Program-made: the position numbers and the translations under genes | Origin: Parvibaculaceae bacterium | GTDB lineage: Bacteria; Pseudomonadota; Alphaproteobacteria; JAPOUT01 | Assembly: GCA_963457525.1 (NCBI GenBank) | Contig: OY734805.1 | Span: 982,984 to 1,046,983, forward strand | Reading direction: 5' to 3' | DNA: 64,000 nucleotides | In this document: positions 38,223-50,100 of the stretch, in pieces | Numbering within the stretch: the first letter of the stretch is position 1 | Layout: every line of letters starts with the position of its first letter | The notes under the pieces: model-generated | Databases searched by the model: none | Told to the model about the DNA's origin: nothing | Seen by the model: only the letters and a program-made list of their open reading frames with translations

Positions 38223-39010
38223 CGGGGTAAAAGCGTTCGTGTTGCGGTTTCGATGTTGTCGGCGCGCATGAGGCTCTCGCCCACGAGCGCACAGTGAATG
38301 CCGGCCCCGGCGAGGCGCTTGATGTCGTTGGCGGTTTCGATGCCGCTTTCGGATATGACGAGTCGTCCGTCGGGAATATGCGCGCGCAGGCGCTCGCTGA
38401 CTTCAAGCGAGGTATGAAAGGTCTTAAGGTCGCGATTGTTGATTCCGATGAGAGGCGTTTTCAGTCGCAAGGCGCGTTGGAGTTCGTCTTCATTGTGAAC
38501 TTCGACCAGCACGTCCATGCCATGGCCGTGCGCGGCTTCTTCGAGTTCCGCGGCTTGCGCATCCGAGAGCATTGCAAGGATCAGGAGAACGCAGTCGGCA
38601 TGAAGCGCCCGGGCCTCGTGAATTTGGTACGGCTCGAAAAGAAAATCCTTGCGCAGCACGGGAAGGGCGCACGCTTGCCGGGCGCGGGTGAGGTAGTCCG
38701 GCGCACCCTGGAAGTAGCGGCTGTCCGTCAACACTGAAAGACATGCGGCGCCGCCTTCGGCATAGGCGCGGGCGATGTCTTCGGGAACAAAATCGGGGCG
38801 CAAGAGTCCCTTCGAGGGACTCGCCTTCTTGCATTCTGCAATCAGCCCGAGCCCGCGCTCGCGCACGCCCGTCTCAAGAGCGGCGCGAAAAGAACGAACT
38901 TTCGGCGCGGCTTTCGCGGCTTCCATGATGTCGTTTTCGCCGCGCGCCTGCTTTGCCGCATCAACCTCCGTGCGCTTGTGGGTGACGATTTCTTCAAGCA
39001 GGGAATTCAT
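38219..39010 (-). CDS. trpC: Indole-3-glycerol-phosphate synthase
   Basis: [14 protein letters not shown]...LVEVH motifs are present. Confidence 0.9.
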   Translation of the reverse strand: MNSLLEEIVTHKRTEVDAAKQARGENDIMEAAKAAPKVRSFRAALETGVRERGLGLIAECKKASPSKGLLRPDFVPEDIARAYAEGGAACLSVLTDSRYFQGAPDYLTRARQACALPVLRKDFLFEPYQIHEARALHADCVLLILAMLSDAQAAELEEAAHGHGMDVLVEVHNEDELQRALRLKTPLIGINNRDLKTFHTSLEVSERLRAHIPDGRLVISESGIETANDIKRLAGAGIHCALVGESLMRADNIETATRTLLPR

Positions 39011-40026
39011 GAGTCTTCATTCGAGACGGAAACAAGCAGTTCCAGGCGCCGCTTTGCTTCGCCGCTGTCGAGAGCCTCGGTTGCGCGTTGGAAACTATCG
39101 CGGATGTCGTCGCTGTCGCCGGCAACGGTCAAGGCCGCCGCGGCGTTGAAAAGCACGACATCCCGATAGGAGGACTTTTCCCCATCGAGAAGGGATTCGA
39201 GCGCCTTGGCGTTTTCGGCCGGTTCGCCTCCGCGAAAATCATTAATGTCGGCGCGGGCCAATCCGACCTCTTCGGGCGCGAGTTCGAAATTTCGAATTTT
39301 TCCATCGCGCAATTCGGTGATGTCGTTGACGCCGGAGGTGGAGAGTTCATCAAGGCCGTCGGCGCCGTGAACGACCCATGCGCGCTCGCTTCCGAGATTT
39401 GAGAGCGCATGTGCAAGATGCGGCAGCCACGCTTTGGAAAACACCCCCAGCAGTTGCCGTTTGGCGGAAGCCGGATTGCAGAGCGGTCCGAGCAGGTTGA
39501 AGATGGAGCGCGTTGCAAGTTTTGCGCGCACCGGTCCGACATGCTTCATAGCGGGATGATGATTGGGCGCGAACAGGAATCCGATGCCGGCTTTGTTCAT
39601 GCATTTTTCAATTTTTTCAAGGGGGATGTCGGGACGCACGCCAAGCGCGCGCAACACGTCCGCCGAACCGCACTTGGAGGATGCCGCCTTGTTTCCGTGC
39701 TTGGCAACGGGCACTCCGCATGCGGCAACGACGAAGGCTACGGCGGTGGAGATGTTGTAGGTGTTTTGGCCGCTTCCCCCGGTTCCGCAGGTATCGATTG
39801 CGCCGGGAGGAGCCTGCACTTTGAGGGACTTTTCGCGCATGACCCGGGTTGCGGCGGTGATCTCGTCAACGCTTTCGCCGCGGGTTCGAAGCGCCATGAG
39901 GAAGCCGGCGATTTCGACTTCTTCGGCCTCGCCCGACATCAGGTAAGCGAAGGCTTGTTCGGCCTCTTCCTGGGAGAGCATGCTGCCGTCTGCGACTTTG
40001 TTGAGCAGGGGCGTGAGGATGCTCAT
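39007..40026 (-). CDS. trpD: Anthranilate phosphoribosyltransferase
   Basis: DTCGTGGSGQNTYNISTAVAFVVAACG is present. Confidence 0.9.
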   Translation of the reverse strand: MSILTPLLNKVADGSMLSQEEAEQAFAYLMSGEAEEVEIAGFLMALRTRGESVDEITAATRVMREKSLKVQAPPGAIDTCGTGGSGQNTYNISTAVAFVVAACGVPVAKHGNKAASSKCGSADVLRALGVRPDIPLEKIEKCMNKAGIGFLFAPNHHPAMKHVGPVRAKLATRSIFNLLGPLCNPASAKRQLLGVFSKAWLPHLAHALSNLGSERAWVVHGADGLDELSTSGVNDITELRDGKIRNFELAPEEVGLARADINDFRGGEPAENAKALESLLDGEKSSYRDVVLFNAAAALTVAGDSDDIRDSFQRATEALDSGEAKRRLELLVSVSNEDS

Positions 40027-40640
40027 GCCGGTTCGGGCGTGTTGATGCCGACAAGGGCGGCGAAGTTTGTAAGAATTTGGCGTCCGTGTTGCGAGGCGAT
40101 GGACTCGGGATGGAACTGTACGCCAAACAGCGGGAATTCCTTATGGCGCAATGCCATGAGAATGCCGTCCTGGTTGCGTGCGGTGATTTCGAGTTGCGGC
40201 GGGACGCTTTCAGGATCAACTATCAAGGAGTGGTAACGCGTTGCCTCGAACCCGCCTTCGATGTTTTCGAAGATGCCGCTGCCGTCATGCCGGATGACAT
40301 CGAGTTTGCCGTGCATGGGTTCCGGACCGCGGATAATGTTTGCGCCGAATGCCTGCGCAATGGCATGGTATCCGAGGCACACGCCGAAGAAGGGGAAGCG
40401 TCCGTTGCTTTCGCGCACGAGGTCGAGACAGATGCCGGCATGGTCGGGGTCCTTGGGGCCCGGCGAAAGAACGACCGCCCGGGGTTTGAGTGCGAGCGCT
40501 TCTTGGACGCTCAGGGCGTCGTTGCGCTCAACGCGGGTTTCAAGTCCGATGTCGCCGAGGAGATGGACGAGGTTATAGGTGAAACTGTCGTAATTATCGA
40601 TGAGGAGAATCATGGCGTGAGCGGTGTTGTTGCTTGACAC
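40023..40640 (-). CDS. trpG: Anthranilate/aminodeoxychorismate synthase glutamine amidotransferase component
   Basis: MILLIDNYDSFTYNLVHLL...GVCLGYHAIAQAFG...QFHPES forms the triad GATase. Confidence 0.85.
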   Translation of the reverse strand: MSSNNTAHAMILLIDNYDSFTYNLVHLLGDIGLETRVERNDALSVQEALALKPRAVVLSPGPKDPDHAGICLDLVRESNGRFPFFGVCLGYHAIAQAFGANIIRGPEPMHGKLDVIRHDGSGIFENIEGGFEATRYHSLIVDPESVPPQLEITARNQDGILMALRHKEFPLFGVQFHPESIASQHGRQILTNFAALVGINTPEPA

Positions 40641-40671
40641 CTATTTGTAGCACATTAATCCCCTGAAGCCC

Positions 40672-41466
40672 TTATGTTTTGTGAACGTCAAGGTTTCGGA
40701 TGCTTGGATTGTTTCCGGTCAGCGGATTTGCGGGATCCCATCGCAGGCGAATGATTCGAACGCGTGCGTCCAGGGCGTCGTAAAGAAGCAGCCGTCCGAC
40801 AAGGCTTGTGCCAAGGGAAAGAATTTCCTTGATCGCCTCCAGCGCCTGCATTGAACCCATCACGCCGGTAAGGGCGCCGAGAATGCCTTCTTGCTCGCAA
40901 GGCGTTTCGGGTTCGCCGGTGTCCGGCACCAGGCAGCGGTAGCAGGGATTCGGGTTGCCGTCCGCGTCTTTTTCGTAGGCGCGGATGGTGGTGAGCTGTC
41001 CTTCAAACGCACCGACCGCCGCCGATATCAACGGACGTTTTGCAAAATAACATGCATCATTCACAAGAAAGCGCGTGGCGAAATTATCGCAACCGTCCAG
41101 CACCACATCGTAACCGCCGACAAGATCAAGGGCATTGCCGGCATTGATGCGCATCGTGTGCGCTTCAACCTTCACTTCGGGGTTGAGACGCTTGAGCGTT
41201 TGTTGCGCGCTTTCGGTTTTTGTTTGTCCGACGGCATCGGTGTCAAAAAGAATCTGCCGTTGCAGGTTGGAAAGGGCGACGGTGTCGTCATCGACAATGC
41301 CGATGGTGCCGACGCCCGCGGCCGCAAGATACATTGCCGCCGGCGCTCCCAGGCCTCCCGCTCCGATTAGCAGGACCTTCGAGCGCAGAAGTTTCTCCTG
41401 TCCCTCGCCGCCGACTTCGCGCAGGAGTATATGGGGAGCGTAGCGCTCGAGTTGTTCGGGGCGCAC
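40672..41466 (-). CDS. moeB: Molybdopterin-synthase adenylyltransferase MoeB (ThiF/MoeB family)
   Basis: VLLIGAGGLGAPAAMYLAAAGVGTIGIVDDD and CxxC motifs are present. Confidence 0.8.
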   Translation of the reverse strand: MRPEQLERYAPHILLREVGGEGQEKLLRSKVLLIGAGGLGAPAAMYLAAAGVGTIGIVDDDTVALSNLQRQILFDTDAVGQTKTESAQQTLKRLNPEVKVEAHTMRINAGNALDLVGGYDVVLDGCDNFATRFLVNDACYFAKRPLISAAVGAFEGQLTTIRAYEKDADGNPNPCYRCLVPDTGEPETPCEQEGILGALTGVMGSMQALEAIKEILSLGTSLVGRLLLYDALDARVRIIRLRWDPANPLTGNNPSIRNLDVHKT

Positions 41467-41469
41467 GAC

Positions 41470-42399
41470 TCAAAGGCCCTCGAACAGCGCGGTGGAAAGA
41501 TAACGCTCGGCGAACGAGGGCAGGATGACGATGATGCGCTTGTTCGCCATCTCCGGGCGTCCGGCAATCTCCATCCCCGCCGCAACCGCGGCGCCCGACG
41601 AGATGCCGCAGGCGATGCCTTCTTTTTTTGCCAGCTGTCTTGCGGTTTCAAAAGCGGTCTCGTTGCCGATGGTGATGATTTCGTCGATGAGGGAGGAGTC
41701 CATGTTCGCGGGAATGAAGCCCGCGCCAATGCCTTGAATCTTGTGCGGGCCCGGGGGGCTTCCGGAAAGAACGGCGCTGTCTTCGGGCTCGACCGCGACC
41801 ATGCGCAGGCTCTCGCGGCGGGGTTTCAACGCGCGGGCGAGTCCCGTGAAGGTTCCGCCGGTTCCCACTCCTGCAACGATGGCGTCTATGTTGCCGTCGG
41901 TGTCGCGCCAGAGTTCTTCGGCGGTGGTGTCGAAGTGGACGCGCGGATTGGCGGGATTGTCGAACTGTTGGGGCATGACCGAATCGGGGTGCGTCTTTAA
42001 CAATTCATGCGCGCGCGCGACCGCTCCGGCCATTCCCTCTTTCGCGGGCGTGAGCTCAATCTCGGCGCCGAGCAGTACAAGCATTTTGCGCCTCTCCACC
42101 GACATGCTCTCGGGCATGCATAAGATGAGACGGTATCCTTTTGCCGCGCACACGAAGGCGAGGGCGATGCCCGTATTGCCGGAGGTCGGCTCGATGATGC
42201 ATGTGCCGGCATTGATGCGGCCGTCGCGCTCAAGGGATTCGATCAGGGCGAGGCCTATGCGATCCTTGACGCTCGACATGGGGTTGAAGAATTCAAGCTT
42301 GAGAAGAATCTCACCGGCAAGGTTTGCCTCCCGGGCCATCCGGTTGAGGCGCACAAGCGGAGTGTTGCCGATGGTCTGGGTGATGTCTTCGTAAATCAT
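41470..42399 (-). CDS. cysK: Cysteine synthase (O-acetylserine sulfhydrylase)
   Basis: [19 protein letters not shown]...SVKDRIG...GTGGT are present. The internal start was chosen over the ORF start at 42471. Confidence 0.85.
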   Translation of the reverse strand: MIYEDITQTIGNTPLVRLNRMAREANLAGEILLKLEFFNPMSSVKDRIGLALIESLERDGRINAGTCIIEPTSGNTGIALAFVCAAKGYRLILCMPESMSVERRKMLVLLGAEIELTPAKEGMAGAVARAHELLKTHPDSVMPQQFDNPANPRVHFDTTAEELWRDTDGNIDAIVAGVGTGGTFTGLARALKPRRESLRMVAVEPEDSAVLSGSPPGPHKIQGIGAGFIPANMDSSLIDEIITIGNETAFETARQLAKKEGIACGISSGAAVAAGMEIAGRPEMANKRIIVILPSFAERYLSTALFEGL

Positions 42400-42409
42400 C
42401 TCGGAGGGG

Positions 42410-42853
42410 TCAGATGGTGAAGTCGAAGCCTTTGGTGTCGGCGTTTTCCTGTTCGGCGCAGAGATCCTCAATGGTGATGTTGTCGAGGCGCGCGAGGAAG
42501 TCGGTTTCCGCCTCCGCGCAGATTTTCTCGAGAATGGTCATGCCGCAATTTACGTTTTTGCTTTTGGCGGGTTTGCCGTCGGGGCCGAAAGTCTGCGTGG
42601 CCGCGACGATGCGCAGGATTTCGCCCACGGGAATGCGTCTGCGCTCGCGCGCGAGCATGTATCCGCCCTTGGGTCCGCGAACGCCCTTGAGGATGCCTTC
42701 GTTTGCAAGTTGCTGCATGACTTTTTCGAGATAGCGCTGCGGCCGTCCGATTCGCGCGGCGATTTCGCTCGAGCGCACCGGGTCGGGACGCGCATTGCAC
42801 GCGATATCGAGAATTGCCTCGAGGGTCGAGACGGCTTTGGTTGAAAGCAGCAT
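42410..42853 (-). CDS. Rrf2-family transcriptional regulator (IscR/CymR-like)
   Basis: An N-terminal wHTH and a 147-aa length are consistent with this family. The position upstream of cysK suggests a CymR-like role. Confidence 0.8.
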   Translation of the reverse strand: MLLSTKAVSTLEAILDIACNARPDPVRSSEIAARIGRPQRYLEKVMQQLANEGILKGVRGPKGGYMLARERRRIPVGEILRIVAATQTFGPDGKPAKSKNVNCGMTILEKICAEAETDFLARLDNITIEDLCAEQENADTKGFDFTI

Positions 42854-43347
42854 TATGAACCGCCTTCCCGGTCGGACGCGGCCAGCGGGACATCGCCGCC
42901 GGCCATGTCGCCGCCGGTGGAGCCGAAGCCCTTGTCGCCGCGCGCGCTTGTCGGGTCAAACCGCTCGGTCCATTTGATGTGTTCGACGCGGGCCAGCACG
43001 AGCTGGGCGATGCGCATGCCGCGGGTGATTTCAAGCGTCTCGTCGCCGTGGTTAATGAGAAGCACTTGCAACTCGCCCCGGTAATCGGAATCGATGGTGC
43101 CGGGCGCGTTCAAAACGCTTACGCCGTGCTTGCGTGCGAGTCCCGAACGCGGGCGAATCTGCGCTTCGTGTCCCGGGGGCAGGGCGATTGCAACGCCGGT
43201 GGGAACGCATGCGCGCTTGCCCGGCTGCAGGGATATCGCCGCGTCCACGGCGGCGTGTAGATCCATTCCCGCGGCGCCTTTCGAATGATAGTCCGGCAGC
43301 GGCAATCCCTCGCCGTGGGGAAGTCGTTGAATGCCCACTTCGATCAT
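42853..43347 (-). CDS. dut: dUTP diphosphatase
   Basis: Motifs [14 protein letters not shown] and C-terminal [10 protein letters not shown] are present. There is a 1-bp overlap (TAATG) with the rrf2 start. Confidence 0.85.
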   Translation of the reverse strand: MIEVGIQRLPHGEGLPLPDYHSKGAAGMDLHAAVDAAISLQPGKRACVPTGVAIALPPGHEAQIRPRSGLARKHGVSVLNAPGTIDSDYRGELQVLLINHGDETLEITRGMRIAQLVLARVEHIKWTERFDPTSARGDKGFGSTGGDMAGGDVPLAASDREGGS

Positions 43348-44588
43348 GACGCTTTTGCAAACCTCTCGGCAATGCGGTCCACCAGGCGGCGCGCGACCAG
43401 TCTCTTGTCGCCGGTGAATTCTTCGAAACTGTCGTCGTTCGAGGTAACGAGTTGCAACCGCGTGTTCTCGCTTCCCATCGCATCGATGGAGTTGGCAACG
43501 ATCCAGTCGCATCCTTTGCGCTCGCGCTTGGCGCGCGCGTATGCGAGAACTTCCTGCGCATCGCCGCTTTCCGCGGCGAAGCCCACCACCAGTTCGGGGC
43601 GGCCGTCTTTGCGTTTTGAAAGTTCCGCGAGAATGTCGGGATTTTCCACCAGTTCCAAAGTCACCGGCGCGTTGTTGCCGCGCTTGCGAATCTTGCCGTC
43701 AAAGGGCTCGCGCATGCGCCAGTCGCCCACCGCCGCCGTCATCACGGCGACATCAACGGGCAGGGCCCGGGTGCAGGCGTTGAACATTTGCGTTGCGCTC
43801 TCGACATCGAGGGTTTCGACGCCCTTGGGAGCGGGCTGCCCGCAGGGGCCTCTCACCAGAAGCGTGTCCGCGCCCGCCTGCGCCAGGGCCGAAGCGATTG
43901 CATGGCCTTGGCGGCCCGACGAGCGATTCGTGATGTAGCGGAGCGAATCGATCGCCTCGAAGGTCGGGCCCGCGTTCACCAGCGCCCTGCGTCCCGCAAG
44001 GGGTTTGTGCGCGGGCGCCACCATTGAGGCGGCGGCGCGGAGAATCTCGTCCACTTCCGCCATGCGCCCGACCCCGACATCGCCGCAGGCGGTATCGCCC
44101 TCGTTGGGACCGACGAGATCAACGCCGTCGCCGAGCAAGCGCGCGAGATTGCGCTGTGTTGCGGGATGGCTCCACATGTTCGGATTCATTGCGGGCGCGA
44201 GCAGGAGGGGCGCATCGCTTGCCAGCAGCGTTGCAGCGGCGAGGTCGTCGGCCGCGCCCGATGCCATCCGCGCAATGAGGTTGGCGCTCGCGGGTGCGAC
44301 AATCACCACGTCGCCGAAGCGTGCGAGTTCGATGTGACTCATTCCCGTGCTGTCGGATTCGGCGGACGCATCAAAAAGTTCTTCGCGCACCGGCGCGCCG
44401 CTCAAGGTTGCCAGCGACAAGGGCGTGACGAATTCCCTGCCTCCCGGGGTGAGAATGGCTTGGACTTTCGCTCCGGATTCCCGAAGCCGCCTTGCGAGTT
44501 CGAGACTCTTGTAGGCGGCAATGCCTCCGCCGACAATTAACAGAATGTTTTTACCGCTTAGCGCTTTCAACGCCAATGCCTTTTCCAT
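43344..44588 (-). CDS. coaBC: Bifunctional phosphopantothenoylcysteine decarboxylase/synthetase
   Basis: The flavoprotein N-domain [15 protein letters not shown] and a CoaB C-domain are present. The internal Met at 44588 was chosen over the ORF start at 44879. Confidence 0.9.
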   Translation of the reverse strand: MEKALALKALSGKNILLIVGGGIAAYKSLELARRLRESGAKVQAILTPGGREFVTPLSLATLSGAPVREELFDASAESDSTGMSHIELARFGDVVIVAPASANLIARMASGAADDLAAATLLASDAPLLLAPAMNPNMWSHPATQRNLARLLGDGVDLVGPNEGDTACGDVGVGRMAEVDEILRAAASMVAPAHKPLAGRRALVNAGPTFEAIDSLRYITNRSSGRQGHAIASALAQAGADTLLVRGPCGQPAPKGVETLDVESATQMFNACTRALPVDVAVMTAAVGDWRMREPFDGKIRKRGNNAPVTLELVENPDILAELSKRKDGRPELVVGFAAESGDAQEVLAYARAKRERKGCDWIVANSIDAMGSENTRLQLVTSNDDSFEEFTGDKRLVARRLVDRIAERFAKAS

Positions 44589-44589
44589 C

Positions 44590-46122
44590 TCAAGACATCC
44601 TTCCCAAAAACCATCCGGCGACTCCCATGAGCACGCCCCCCGACAACAAGCCTCCCAGCCAGATGATAGCATAAACGATGCGGCTTTCCCGTACGTCGGA
44701 AACAGGGGCCGCGCGTTCTTCCATGCGCCGCAGAATTTGCGCGAGGGTTTCCATGGCCGCGGGCGCTTCGCGCAGCACATCCGAGAACTGCGACAGGCGC
44801 GCCTGAAAGCCGAGATTCCTTTCCATCCACCGCCGTGCGACCGGCGTTGCGCTCTCCCACATGTTGTGTTCCGGATCAAGGCTGCGCGCCACGCCTTCGA
44901 CCACGACCATTGTTTTTTGCAGCAACAGCAGCCGCGGCTGCGTGGGCATGTCGAAGCGCGCGGTGACCTGGAAGAGCTGCAGCAGCAGACGGCTCATGGA
45001 GATGTCGGTTGCGTCCTTGTCGGTGATGGGCTCGCCGATGGAGCGCAGCGCCAGGGAGAAGTCGTCAATGTTCTGGTGGTTCGGCACGTATCCCAGACGG
45101 AAGTGAAGTTCGGCGACGCGCCGATAGTCGCGCTGCAGGAATCCGTGCAGAACGCCGGCGAGGAATTGCCGCTCGAGCACATCGAGCCTGCTCATGATTC
45201 CAAAATCAACGGCGACAATTTTACCGTCGTTCTCCACGAACAAATTGCCCGGATGCATGTCGGCGTGGAAGAAGCCGTCTTCCATCGCCTGCCTGAGAAA
45301 GATTTGAATGATTCGGGCGGCGAGTTCCTTGGTGTCGTGACCGGCCGCGCGTATCTCGTCGATGTCGGAAAGCGGGATTCCCTCGACCCAGTCGGTCGTC
45401 AAAACCCGTTGCGAAACCCTTTGCCAGTCGGGTGCGGGGACGCGAAAGCCGCTGCCGGGCTCGATGTTTTCGGCGGCTTCGCTCAGGGCCGCGGCCTCCA
45501 TGCGCAGGTCCATTTCCTGTCGGACGCTTGCCGCGAGGGTTTCCACGACTTGAACCGGGCGCAGCCGGCGCGCGGGTTTGGACAGTCTCTCGATCCAGCG
45601 CGCGATCCAGAAGAAATCCGACAAGTCGCGTTCGAAACGTTTCTCGATTCCCGGGCGCAGCACTTTCACGGCGACTTCGCGTCTTTTGCCGCCTTGCACG
45701 GGCAGGCGGCAGCGGTGCACCTGCGCTATCGAGGCGGCGGCGACCGCGTCGCCGATTTCGCCGAACAGGGTTTCGGCGTGGGTGCCGAATTCCTGCTTGA
45801 TGGTTTCGACGGCTTTCTCGCGCTCGAAGGGCGGCAACCTGTCCTGCAGCACGCTTAAATCCTCGGCGAGCGTTTCGCCGATGATGTCCGCGCGGGTGGC
45901 AAGGAATTGTCCGAGTTTAACGTAACTGGGGCCGAGTCTTTCGAGTGCGTTGGAAAGCCGAATCACGCGCGCGCTTGTCTTGGTTGATCGTTTCGCCAGC
46001 AGGCGTGCGAGTATTTGCAGCGAGCGCGGCGGCTTTATCTGCGCATTGTCGTTAAGGAAGTCAAAAGCATCCAGGCGCAGCATCACGAAGGCGGCGCGTA
46101 TGAGACGTGCTATGGCAAACAT
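44590..46122 (-). CDS. ubiB: Ubiquinone biosynthesis protein kinase UbiB (ABC1/ADCK family)
   Basis: GPSYVKLGQFLATRAD...IAAASIAQVH...FFHADMHPGN are present. Confidence 0.9.
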   Translation of the reverse strand: MFAIARLIRAAFVMLRLDAFDFLNDNAQIKPPRSLQILARLLAKRSTKTSARVIRLSNALERLGPSYVKLGQFLATRADIIGETLAEDLSVLQDRLPPFEREKAVETIKQEFGTHAETLFGEIGDAVAAASIAQVHRCRLPVQGGKRREVAVKVLRPGIEKRFERDLSDFFWIARWIERLSKPARRLRPVQVVETLAASVRQEMDLRMEAAALSEAAENIEPGSGFRVPAPDWQRVSQRVLTTDWVEGIPLSDIDEIRAAGHDTKELAARIIQIFLRQAMEDGFFHADMHPGNLFVENDGKIVAVDFGIMSRLDVLERQFLAGVLHGFLQRDYRRVAELHFRLGYVPNHQNIDDFSLALRSIGEPITDKDATDISMSRLLLQLFQVTARFDMPTQPRLLLLQKTMVVVEGVARSLDPEHNMWESATPVARRWMERNLGFQARLSQFSDVLREAPAAMETLAQILRRMEERAAPVSDVRESRIVYAIIWLGGLLSGGVLMGVAGWFLGRMS

Positions 46123-46126
46123 TCGG

Positions 46127-46882
46127 TTAGATCCTCCACGCCTGGTGCAGCGTGACGATGCCCCCGCTGAGCCGCCGGTATTTGGCGTGTCGAAACCCGG
46201 CGGCTTCGACCATCGCGTTGAAGCGGTGCGGGGAGGGAAACCGCTTGATGCTCTCGACCAGATAGCGGTAGGGCTCGCGTTCGCCGACGACGATCTCGCC
46301 GAGTTTGGGAATCACATGCTCGGAATAAAGCGAGTAGGCCTGTTCGAGTCCGGGAAGACGGGGCTGTGAAAATTCCAGGCAGAGGAACCTGCCGCCCGGG
46401 CGCAGCACCCGGAATGCTTCTTCGAGGGCGGTCTCAATGCAGGCGGCGTTGCGGATGCCGAAGGCGACGGCGTAGACGTCGAAGCTGCATGCCGCAAACG
46501 GAGTTTTTTCCGCGGGCGCGCACAGCAGCCGCAGTCGCGCGCGCGCGTCTTCCTCGAGCGGCATTGCGTCGATGCGCTTGCGCGCGATGTTGAGCATTTC
46601 GGGGTTGGGGTCGCACAGGGTTATCGAGGTTTTGCGTCCGGCGCGCTCGAAGCATCGAAGCGCGATGTCGCCGCTGCCGGCGGCCATGTCGAGAATCTCG
46701 CGCTTGGCGGAGATTGCGCCGCGCGGAATTATCTTCTCCACGAAATTTTGCTTCCATGCGCGGTGCAGTCCCAGCGACATGAGATCGTTCATGAGGTCGT
46801 AGCGCTCGGCGACGCGCTCGAACACCCCGTGGATGTATTCGCGTCGTTTTGAGGGTTCCGGAAAGGCTTTATCGGGGGACAT
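46127..46882 (-). CDS. ubiE: Ubiquinone/menaquinone C-methyltransferase UbiE
   Basis: VFERVAERYDLMNDLMSLGLHRAWK...DMAAGSGD are present. The internal start was chosen. Confidence 0.9.
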   Translation of the reverse strand: MSPDKAFPEPSKRREYIHGVFERVAERYDLMNDLMSLGLHRAWKQNFVEKIIPRGAISAKREILDMAAGSGDIALRCFERAGRKTSITLCDPNPEMLNIARKRIDAMPLEEDARARLRLLCAPAEKTPFAACSFDVYAVAFGIRNAACIETALEEAFRVLRPGGRFLCLEFSQPRLPGLEQAYSLYSEHVIPKLGEIVVGEREPYRYLVESIKRFPSPHRFNAMVEAAGFRHAKYRRLSGGIVTLHQAWRI

Positions 46883-47152
46883 GGGGGGCTGGCTCGGGGG
46901 TTGAAAACTCCGGTTTTGTGATGAATGCGGCCCTCGGGCGCGGGAGAATCGCGGGAGAATCGCGCATGCCCGCAAGCATAAGGCAGGTGGGAGGGTAATG
47001 CTAGACGGCAAATTTGGGAATTTTCGAGGGAAAATCTGCCTTTAGCGGTTGCAAATTAGTGTTTTGGGGGGTAGATTCGCCTTTATCGCAACAGCGGGGC
47101 GGGGAAGGTGTGTGGGGAATTTCCCCTTTAGGACAGGTATCGGAAGTAGCTG

Positions 47153-50100
47153 GTGAGAAAGATGAAACAAGGTGGTGTTTTGCGAAATCGGATGTGTCTG
47201 CGGGCACCAAAGCTGCCGCTCGCCCTTTCGCTTGCGGCAATTTTGCTGGCCGGCTGCGGCGGGAGCGGAGGGGATCGCTTCGTCGGCCCGGGCAGTCCGC
47301 CGCCGCGCGAGCCGACTACCGAGGATCGCGAGGGACGTGCGGAGGAGATTTTGAAGGGGCTGGAGTTTCTCAACCAGACGGACATGCGGCTCGTGTTTGT
47401 GGAAGAGATGGAGGACGAAGACGGGGACGGAAACGGTGACGGGACCGGGAATGGCAACGGAAACGGCAACGGCAACGGCAACGGGGACGAAAACGAGGAA
47501 GAAGTCATGCGGAAGGTGTCGCCTTCCGAGTTGCAACGCATCAACGCGCATCATGCTTACGGATACACCCACAGGGGAGCCGAGTTGCTGGACGAAACCG
47601 GAGACATCAGCGGTTTCGGTGTTTACGTTGGCGTAGGCGGATTGGGACTGGAGCACAACCACGAGAAAATCCTGGGACGCTTATTCCAATCGGCTGTGCC
47701 CTATCCCGAGGATGCTTTTGACGTGTTGCGCATAGACACGGACGCTATGGCGAACCAGGAGTTCAGCGCCCAGGAACTGCTGGCGAGTCTCGATAAGTTT
47801 GGCGACATTGATGCCGTTGAAGAAAGTTTCGAAGCGCGCAAAAAGGCTTTGGTGCGCTCGCTTACCTCCCAATACTACAGTGATGACGAGGCCGCCAATA
47901 GTTATCCGGATCAGGATCGGGTTCATGCGGATTACATCATTCATATCGATGACATCAAGGACCTGACCGATGACGGTTTCGATGACCAGAAGCGATTCAC
48001 ATACCTGCGCAACATTTTGAACTGGGCGGAAGAAAATGATTTCACCGGTCCGGACGACTTCGATCCCGAAGACCCTACCGCGGATCCCCCTATCGCGGGC
48101 GACGGCACAACGGACAAGGACCTGACAGACAACTTCCGTTATATCCAAGCGGTGTGCGCGGACAAGGGAAACTACTCAAGCGGGGCGGTTACGGATTGCC
48201 CCTCCGACAGGCCGCATTTTATCGACTTCGGCGACCGTACGCCGGGGGGTCGTGATTTGCGTTTGATTCCCGATTTTTCGCAACGGCTTCTCGGTTCGCA
48301 GGCCCCCGGACTGATAGCGAACGAGCGCAACATTCACCTTGCCAATCTCTCCTCCCTCCCCGTTGAAGAAGAGAACGAAGACCTTACGGACGACCTTACG
48401 GAACTTCTGGCATTGAGGGCAATAGACGACCTTACGACCCCCGAGGAAAAGATTGAGCGCGCGCGCGAACTGCTCCCCGACCGCATCACGGAAGCAACGC
48501 CGCAGGAGCCGGAAGATATTGACGGCATTCAGAGCATTATCAACGTGCGCATCCGAGAGTTGCTGAAAATACTCGAGGTAGCGCTGGATATTCCGGAAGA
48601 CCCGGAAGCCGATCCATCCAACACGGAGAGCGAGTTAAGCCCGAAGGCTCGCATTGACAGGCGCATTGAGATTTTGTTCGCGAACCTGCGGTTCACGCCT
48701 GCGGAAGGGCCGGTGCACGGCGTCGCCTTTGGAAGCAGGATCGTTCCCCACGTCGCCAACGCCGTGCTCAGAATCGAGTGCGCCGGCGACAATGAAGAAA
48801 CCACCCCTTGCCTGGTGGCGGGCGATATTCGCAAGCCGGACGACCCGCGCACCGATCCGGACATTGACCTCGACAAATTATTCGCCGACTACATCAATGC
48901 CATTCCCGGTCCCACCGATGAGGCGGTGGATGCCGGCACGAGCGGTGACGGTGTCGAGCGGGGGGTGGATATCTTTCTGCTGGACGCGGTGGTCGAAGGC
49001 AACGGCATTGTGGGAGGCGATAGTAGAAAGACTTTCCTCAATACCCATCTTGATGAAACGCTGGCGGCGATTGAAGAATTCCTTGAACGGCGCAACAATC
49101 CGGTCATGGTCGTGCGCTCGGGTTACGGCGGTTTCGAGGGAAAACCCGATCCCGCATCGCCCGATCCCGATAACGTCATACGGGGGCCCCGAACCCTCGC
49201 CGCGCTGCCCTATCGTTACGAGACCTGCACGCAGGAAAATGTTGATGTGGACTGCCGAAACTTCCGCGGGCGAATGCTTACGGCAGCGGCCCTCAACATG
49301 CACAACAACGAGCTTCACGAAAACTCGCCGCGTTGTGGAAATCTGCCGAACGATTGGATCTCCAGAATCCACGGACGTCACTACTGCCTAACCGCTCCCG
49401 GCGACCGTCTCCGCATCAACGGCATGCTTGCATCGGACGACAACGGTGACGAAACCGTCGATCTAACCGCGGGATTCCGCAACGGCAGCAACGAGAAGCA
49501 GCCGGACGGCAGCGACGAGGATCCGGACGAATACCAGGTCGATCTGGGAGCGGCCTCCTTTGTCGCCGGATCCCTGGCGGTGCTGTCCGAGCGGTTTCGC
49601 GGACAACTCTCCGGACGCGAACTTGCATTGCGTCTCGTCAACACAGCCGACCAGGACATCTTCTACGACGACGACACACTGCTTACCGATACACCCCGTC
49701 CCACCGAGGAAGAAATGAATGATCCCGACATCATGGCGGCAGTGGAACAGGAACGCCGCACGGCGATTGAAGAGACTTATGGCGCGGGCTTGATTGATTT
49801 GGAAGCAGCGAGTGAAGTCATCGGCGAAGAGGTTGTGCGCATCCCCTCGTCCTCGGCAAGCAGGAACAAGCCGGCTTCGGCGGTGTCAACATACACGGCC
49901 ACCAAGGTGACAGCGAGCCCGGCATTCGGCGACAGCCTCGCCCTGGCGCTGTACGGCCGCGAAATCGTCACCTTCGATGAATGGGACGCGCCCTTCTGGC
50001 GTCCGTTGTCGTGGCTGGTTTCAACATCAACGAACCGGCGCTCCCTGCTCGAGCGTCGCGAGGGCGCTTCCGCTTCCGGTGCGCGCTTCGTGCCGCTGGA